Source of the DNA: Candidatus Eiseniibacteriota bacterium
GTDB lineage: Bacteria; Eisenbacteria; RBG-16-71-46
Direction: 5' to 3'
Assembly (NCBI GenBank): GCA_963744995.1
Contig: CAVUWA010000009.1
Span: forward strand, 256,001 to 320,000
DNA length: 64,000 nucleotides
Every line of letters begins with the position of its first letter. Positions within the stretch are counted from its first letter, which is position 1. The notes beneath the pieces were generated by a model. It had not been told where the DNA came from. It ran no database searches and saw nothing but the letters and a program-made list of their open reading frames with translations. Below are positions 59,121-64,000 of this stretch, piece by piece. The translations under genes were made by a program, and so were the position numbers.

Positions 59121-60446
59121 GTGACGGAAGCGGCCGAATACAAGCACCCCCGCGCGTTTCGAATCTACCTCGCCGCGGTCGTGATCGCCGCCGCGGCATT
59201 CGCCGCGTCCGCGATTCCGGCGGCCGGCGCGCCGCACTGGCTGGCCATGGCGGTCGTGCTCGGCTTCCTGGTGGCCAGCGAGTGGAGCCCGGTCGAGTTG
59301 CCGGGCGGCGGCTACGGCACCCCGAGCACCATCCTCGATCTCCCCGCGCTGGTGATTCTCGGCCCGCTGTACGCGGCGCTGCTCGACGTCGTGAGCACCG
59401 TGGTCATGCAGGGCGTGGTGCTGCGCAAGTCGGCCGTGCGCGTGGTGCACAACGCCGCGATCTTCACGCTCACGTATTTCGCCGCCGCGGCCGCGTTCAC
59501 CGCAGCCGGCGGACGAATCGGTACGCTGCGGCTGCCCGGGGACATCGCGCCGCTGCTGCTCGCCGGGCTCACCTATTTCGCCTGCAACTCGATCTTCGTC
59601 TCCACCGTGCTCGGGCTGACCGCGGGACCGAATCCGTGGCGCGTGTGGCAGCGCAACTTCCTGTCCGGCCTGCTGCATCATCTGTCGTTCATCGCGCTCG
59701 GCGCGCTGGTCGCGGTGACCTATTTCGGGATCGGCGTGTGGGGGCTCGTGTTGTGCGCGATTCCGTACCTGGTCGCGCGGCACTCGTTCCGTCTCTACAT
59801 GGAGATCCGCTCGGATCTCAAGGAGTTCGTGCGCGCGCTCTCGGAGGTGCTGGAGGAGGTCGATCCCTACACGCGTCATCACTCGGTGCGGGTCTCGCAG
59901 TATGCGGTGCGGCTCGCGCGTGGCATGCGGCTCAAGGAGCCCGAGGTCGAGGAGATCGAATACGCGGCGCTGGTCCACGACCTCGGCAAGATCGGCCCGC
60001 AGCACCAGCACATTCTGCAGAAGCCGGGGTCGCTGACCTACGAGGAACAGCGCACGCTGCGCTCGCACCCCGGTGCAGGGGCCGACATCGTGGTGCGGGT
60101 GCGTGCGCTGCGGCGCGCCGCCGAGATCGTACGCAGCCACCACGAACGGCCGGATGGTCAGGGCTATCCGTACGGACTGCAGGCCGACGACGTTCCGCTC
60201 GGGGCGCGGATCCTGAACGTCGCCGACGCGTTCGACGCGATGACCTCGGACCGCCCGTACCGCCGCGCGCTGTCGATCGACGCGGCGCTGCGCGAGCTCA
60301 AACGCGGCGCCGGGACCCAGTTCGACGCCGGGGTCGTCGAGTGCCTGCTGCGGCTGCAGGCGCAGGGCCGCTTCGAGCTGGTGCCGAGCCCGAGCAGCGA
60401 GGACCTGCTGCTGCTGAAACTCAAACCCCGCAGGGCGCGGGCCTGA
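59121..60446 (+). CDS. Membrane-bound HD-GYP cyclic-dinucleotide phosphodiesterase with a multi-TM sensor domain
   Basis: About 6-7 hydrophobic segments, then DPYT..HS.RV, HDLGK, HHERPDGQGYP, ADAFDAMTSDRPYR and GTQFD. Confidence 0.92.
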   Translation: MTEAAEYKHPRAFRIYLAAVVIAAAAFAASAIPAAGAPHWLAMAVVLGFLVASEWSPVELPGGGYGTPSTILDLPALVILGPLYAALLDVVSTVVMQGVVLRKSAVRVVHNAAIFTLTYFAAAAAFTAAGGRIGTLRLPGDIAPLLLAGLTYFACNSIFVSTVLGLTAGPNPWRVWQRNFLSGLLHHLSFIALGALVAVTYFGIGVWGLVLCAIPYLVARHSFRLYMEIRSDLKEFVRALSEVLEEVDPYTRHHSVRVSQYAVRLARGMRLKEPEVEEIEYAALVHDLGKIGPQHQHILQKPGSLTYEEQRTLRSHPGAGADIVVRVRALRRAAEIVRSHHERPDGQGYPYGLQADDVPLGARILNVADAFDAMTSDRPYRRALSIDAALRELKRGAGTQFDAGVVECLLRLQAQGRFELVPSPSSEDLLLLKLKPRRARA

Positions 60447-61468
60447 TGCGCTATCGCGACGCCGGGGTCGACATCGCCCGCGCCGACGCGGTGAAGGACG
60501 ACATCGGCCGCATCGTGCGCTCGACGTGGACGGACGCCGTGCATCCGCTGCCGGGCGGCTTCGCCGGCGTCATGCGCTGGCCGGGCGGCGAAACCGCGCC
60601 GCTGCTGGCGGCGACCATGGACGGGGTGGGCACCAAGCTGCACGTGGCGCTCGCCGCCGGCCGTGTGGAGGGCGCGGCGGCCGACCTGGTCTACCACGGC
60701 GCCAACGATCTGCTCGCGCACGGCGCCAGGCCGCTGGTGTTCCTCGACTACGTCGCGCAGGCGCGCCTCGATCCCACGGTGTTGCGCGACGTCGTCACCG
60801 GACTGGGACGGGCGTGCGCCGAGGTGGGCGCGGTGCTGATCGGCGGCGAGACCGCCGAGATGCCCGACACCTACGTGGCGGGCGTCGTCGACGTCGCCGG
60901 CTGCATGATCGGCAGCGTGGCGCCGGGGCGCGTGCTGGACGGGTCCGCGGTGCATGCGGGTGACGTGCTGCTGGGGCTCGCCGCCGCAGGGCTGCACACC
61001 AACGGTTTCTCGCTCGCGCGCCGCGTGGTGGCGCAGTCGGGGCTCGCGCCCGGCGATCCGCTGCCCGGCCTGGGCGTCACGGTCGCCGACGCGCTGCTCG
61101 CGCCGCATCGCTGGTACGGCCGCGCCGTGCTGCCGCTCGCCGAAGCCGGCCGCCTGCATGCCATCGCGCACGTCACCGGTGGAGGCCTCGCCGGCAATCT
61201 GCTGCGGGTGCTGCCCGAGGGGCTGCGGGCGGAGGTCGAAGCCGGCGCCTGGCCGGTGCCGCCGCTGTTCGCGTGGTTGTGCGAAGCCGGGCGGGTTCCG
61301 CTGGACGACGCGCGCCAGGCGCTCAACATGGGAATCGGACTGGTGCTGGTGGTGGACGGCGCCGAAGCCGCCGGGATCGAGGCCGCGCTGGCCGCGGCCG
61401 GCGAGACGGTGTGGCGGATCGGCGCCGTGAGCGAGGGCTCCCGCGAAGTGGTGTGGAACGGTTCCTGA
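60446..61468 (+). CDS. purM: Phosphoribosylformylglycinamidine cyclo-ligase
   Basis: YRDAGVDI, DGVGTK, GGETAEMP, GLHTNGFSL, HVTGGG and NMGIG motifs. Confidence 0.96.
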   Translation: MRYRDAGVDIARADAVKDDIGRIVRSTWTDAVHPLPGGFAGVMRWPGGETAPLLAATMDGVGTKLHVALAAGRVEGAAADLVYHGANDLLAHGARPLVFLDYVAQARLDPTVLRDVVTGLGRACAEVGAVLIGGETAEMPDTYVAGVVDVAGCMIGSVAPGRVLDGSAVHAGDVLLGLAAAGLHTNGFSLARRVVAQSGLAPGDPLPGLGVTVADALLAPHRWYGRAVLPLAEAGRLHAIAHVTGGGLAGNLLRVLPEGLRAEVEAGAWPVPPLFAWLCEAGRVPLDDARQALNMGIGLVLVVDGAEAAGIEAALAAAGETVWRIGAVSEGSREVVWNGS

Positions 61469-61511
61469 CGCCCGGATCCGGGCGTGGGGTGTGGGGACGA
61501 GGAGGGGTGGC

Positions 61512-62534
61512 ATGGAACGGTGGAAGGTCGAAGGCGATCACGGCCCCGGGACGGGGGACATGCCGGAGCTCATCGGGCGCTCGCCCGCATGGCGTGAGGT
61601 GATGGGGCTGTTGCCGCGCGCGGCCGGCAGCGGACTTCCGGTGCTGGTGCTCGGTGAGACCGGAACGGGGAAGGAACTGGTGGCGCGGGCGATCCATCAC
61701 CTGAGCGCGCGGCGGCGCGCCGCGTTCGTCGCGCACAACTGCGGCGCGACCCCCGACAGCCTGATCGAGAGCGAACTGTTCGGTCATGCGCGTGGCGCGT
61801 TCACGGGCGCGGTCGCCGATCGCGCCGGACTGTTCGACGCGGCGCAGGCGGGGACGCTGTTCCTCGACGAGATCGGCGACGCCAGCGCGCTGCTGCAGAT
61901 GAAGCTGCTGCGCGTCCTTCAGGAAGGCGAGGCGCGGAGGGTGGGCGAGACGCGCACGCGGCAACTCGACGTCCGCATCGTCTCGGCCACCCACCGGCGG
62001 CTCGAAGAGGGACTCGAGCGCGGCGTGTTCCGCACCGACCTCTACTACCGCCTGAACGCGGTGCGGGTGCACCTGCCCGCGCTGCGCGAGCGCGGCGACG
62101 ACGTGCTGCGGCTCGCGCGCGCGTTCATGGCGCGCGCGGCAGCGGCGCGGGGCACGCCGCCTCCCGAGCCGGACGCCGCGCTGACAGCGCATCTGCGCGC
62201 CTATCCGTGGCCGGGCAACGTGCGTGAGCTGTGCAATGCGTGCGCCTACGCCGTGCACGTCGGCGGCGCGCTCGAGCGGGCCGGGCTCGAGCACTGGCCC
62301 GAGCCGGGGTTCGTGCCGGCCGCGGACCGCGCGGCGGGACTGCACGCGGAGACGCGGGCGCTCGAGGAACGGCGGCTGCGCGAGGCCCTGACACGCACGC
62401 GCGGCAACAAGACGCGCGCCGCGCGCGCCCTCGGACTGTCGCGGCAGGGGCTGCTCAAGAAACTGCGGCGCTACGGGTTGCACGAACGCGACGGCGTGGT
62501 CGAGATGCTTGACGGTCCGGGGACCCCTCCCTAG
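61512..62534 (+). CDS. sigma54-dependent Fis-family activator lacking an N-terminal sensory domain
   Basis: GETGTGKE, GAFTGA, LFLDEIG, FR.DLYYRL, WPGNVREL and a C-terminal HTH. Confidence 0.92.
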   Translation: MERWKVEGDHGPGTGDMPELIGRSPAWREVMGLLPRAAGSGLPVLVLGETGTGKELVARAIHHLSARRRAAFVAHNCGATPDSLIESELFGHARGAFTGAVADRAGLFDAAQAGTLFLDEIGDASALLQMKLLRVLQEGEARRVGETRTRQLDVRIVSATHRRLEEGLERGVFRTDLYYRLNAVRVHLPALRERGDDVLRLARAFMARAAAARGTPPPEPDAALTAHLRAYPWPGNVRELCNACAYAVHVGGALERAGLEHWPEPGFVPAADRAAGLHAETRALEERRLREALTRTRGNKTRAARALGLSRQGLLKKLRRYGLHERDGVVEMLDGPGTPP

Positions 62535-62537
62535 ACT
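62509..62537 (+). promoter_or_regulatory. sigma70 promoter for oxidoreductase-lnt
   Basis: TTGACG, 17 nt, TAGACT. Confidence 0.55.
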
Positions 62538-62561
62538 GCCGCGGCAACCCCATCCAGCGAG

Positions 62562-63581
62562 GTGCCTTTGGCGAAAAGGACGGTTCGTCTCGGACTCGTC
62601 GGCGTCGGCGCGGCCGCGCAGATCAATCACATTCCGGCCATCAAGAAATGCGAGGGCCTGGAACTCGTCGCCCTGTGCGATCGCGACCCGGAGAAGAGCG
62701 GGCGCGTCGCGCAGAAGTTCCAGATCGCGCGCAGCCACGACCGGTTCGAGGACATGCTGGCGGACGACCAGGTCGATGCGATCGACATCTGCACGCCGAA
62801 CTACCTGCACGCGCCGATGGCGGTCGCCGCGCTCGAGGCGGGGAAGCACGTCCTGTGCGAGCGGCCGTTCGCACGCAACGCGACCGAGGCCGAGGCGATG
62901 GTCAAGGCCTCGAAGAAAGCCGGCCGCACGCTCATGTGCGCCCTGCAGCACCGCTTCCGCGCCGACTCGCAGCTGCTCAAGACCTTCGTGCAGAAGGGCG
63001 ACCTCGGCGAGATCTACCACGTGAAGACGGGGTGGCTCCGGCAGAGAACCGAGTGGGAGTCGGAGCAGTGGCGGCGGCAGAAGCGCGAGTCCGGCGGCGG
63101 CGTCGTGCTGGACCTCGGCTTCCAGATGCTGGACCTCGCGCTCTGGATGCTCGGCAATCCGGGGGTCTCGTCGGTCACCGCGAGCCTGCACCGCTCGAAG
63201 AGGAACGAGGTCGAAGACAGCTCGACCGCCTTCCTGCGCCTCGACACCGGCGCGACGCTGACGCTCGAGGTCACGTGGGGCCTGCTGATGGAGAAGGACT
63301 TCGCCTACGTCAACTTCTACGGCGCGGGCGGCGCGGCCCTGTGGAACCCGCTGCGGATCCACAAGGGCATGCACGGCACGCTGGTGAACGTCACGCCGAC
63401 GCTCGAGGCGAAGAGCAATCAGTACAAGCATTCGATGGAGGCGCAGATCGCGCACTTCGGCGACGTCCTGCGCAAGGGCACGAAGCCGCTCGCCGGCGCC
63501 GAGGAGGCGCTGCCCGTGATGCAGCTGATGGACGCGATCTACAAGTCGGCGCAGTCGGGCAAGGAGGTCCGCCTCGGTTGA
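62562..63581 (+). CDS. Gfo/Idh/MocA family oxidoreductase
   Basis: GLVGVG, CTPNYLH, GKHVLCERP and GGGVVLDLG motifs. Confidence 0.92.
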   Translation: MPLAKRTVRLGLVGVGAAAQINHIPAIKKCEGLELVALCDRDPEKSGRVAQKFQIARSHDRFEDMLADDQVDAIDICTPNYLHAPMAVAALEAGKHVLCERPFARNATEAEAMVKASKKAGRTLMCALQHRFRADSQLLKTFVQKGDLGEIYHVKTGWLRQRTEWESEQWRRQKRESGGGVVLDLGFQMLDLALWMLGNPGVSSVTASLHRSKRNEVEDSSTAFLRLDTGATLTLEVTWGLLMEKDFAYVNFYGAGGAALWNPLRIHKGMHGTLVNVTPTLEAKSNQYKHSMEAQIAHFGDVLRKGTKPLAGAEEALPVMQLMDAIYKSAQSGKEVRLG

Positions 63582-64000
63582 CCGGTCGTCGCGCGGGCTG
63601 GCGCTCGCCGGAGGCGCGCTGCTCGGCGTCGCGTTCCTCAAAGGACCGTTCGGCTGGGCCGCCTGGATTGCGTTCGTCCCGCTCCTCGCGGGGCTCGAGC
63701 GGGCCGTGCGTGCCGGGGCCGGGGCGCGCCGCACCTTTCTGATCGGCTGGCTGTTCGGGCTGGCCGCCTTTCTCGTCGGCATGTACTGGATGCTGTTCCT
63801 CTCCGACGTGGCGATGGACGTGCCGGGCCTCAAGTATCCCGCGTGGCTCGTGGGCGCCGCCTACCTCGCGCTGTACCCGGGGCTCGCGACCCTGTGGGCC
63901 GGCTGGCTCGCGCGCCGCGGCGCCGTGCCGCTGGCGCTGGGGCTGCCATGCGCCTGGGTCGTCACCGAGGCGGTGCGCGGCTCGGGCGAGCTCGGCTTCC
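63578..64000 (+). CDS. lnt: Apolipoprotein N-acyltransferase, 5' part (runs off window; apparent 1-nt frameshift near 63595)
   Basis: The frame from 63598 reads LALAGGALLGVAF..P.GW.AWIAFVPL...GWLFG...YW...YLALYP...WVVTEAVRG....GF, typical of the Lnt N-terminus. The TTG start following AAGGAGG is in a different frame. Confidence 0.85.

Overview
A GC-rich diderm bacterial chromosome segment made almost entirely of housekeeping genes. All but one supported gene are on the + strand, and many are coupled by ATGA/GTGA/TTGA overlaps. Order: partial patatin, rnhA, RNase P RNA, TMTC-like TPR glycosyltransferase, recJ-rel-dtd-maf, rplM-rpsI-(t44 leader)-rpsB-tsf-pyrH-frr-uppS-cdsA-dxr, four LPS-type glycosyltransferases, rseP-tamA-tamB plus a metalloprotease/propeller/Omp85 fusion, uvrD/pcrA, gatCAB, purD-purE, tsaC-arginine phosphatase-ilvE-rpiB-glyA, a sigma54-promoter orphan, a MoxR/Bat cluster, PAP2, PTS EIIA plus zinc ribbon, CCA enzyme, polyprenyl synthase, rsfS, argS, PfkB kinase, a hypothetical/peptide/HD-GYP module, purM, a sensor-less sigma54 activator, a Gfo/Idh/MocA oxidoreductase and the start of lnt. 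The rplM-rpsI-rpsB linkage and Bat cluster suggest an FCB-related lineage such as Ca. Eisenbacteria (inference only). The top finding is a 16-codon ORF absent from the ORF track (MDLILALVNFFGKAGW, 58953-59003). It has an exceptionally strong Shine-Dalgarno that can be sequestered by RNA structure, and it lies between an uncharacterised gene and a multi-TM HD-GYP phosphodiesterase, suggesting a peptide-controlled cyclic-dinucleotide signalling module. dxr and lnt each appear frameshifted by one missing G in a G-run. No tRNA, rRNA, CRISPR array or mobile element was recognised.
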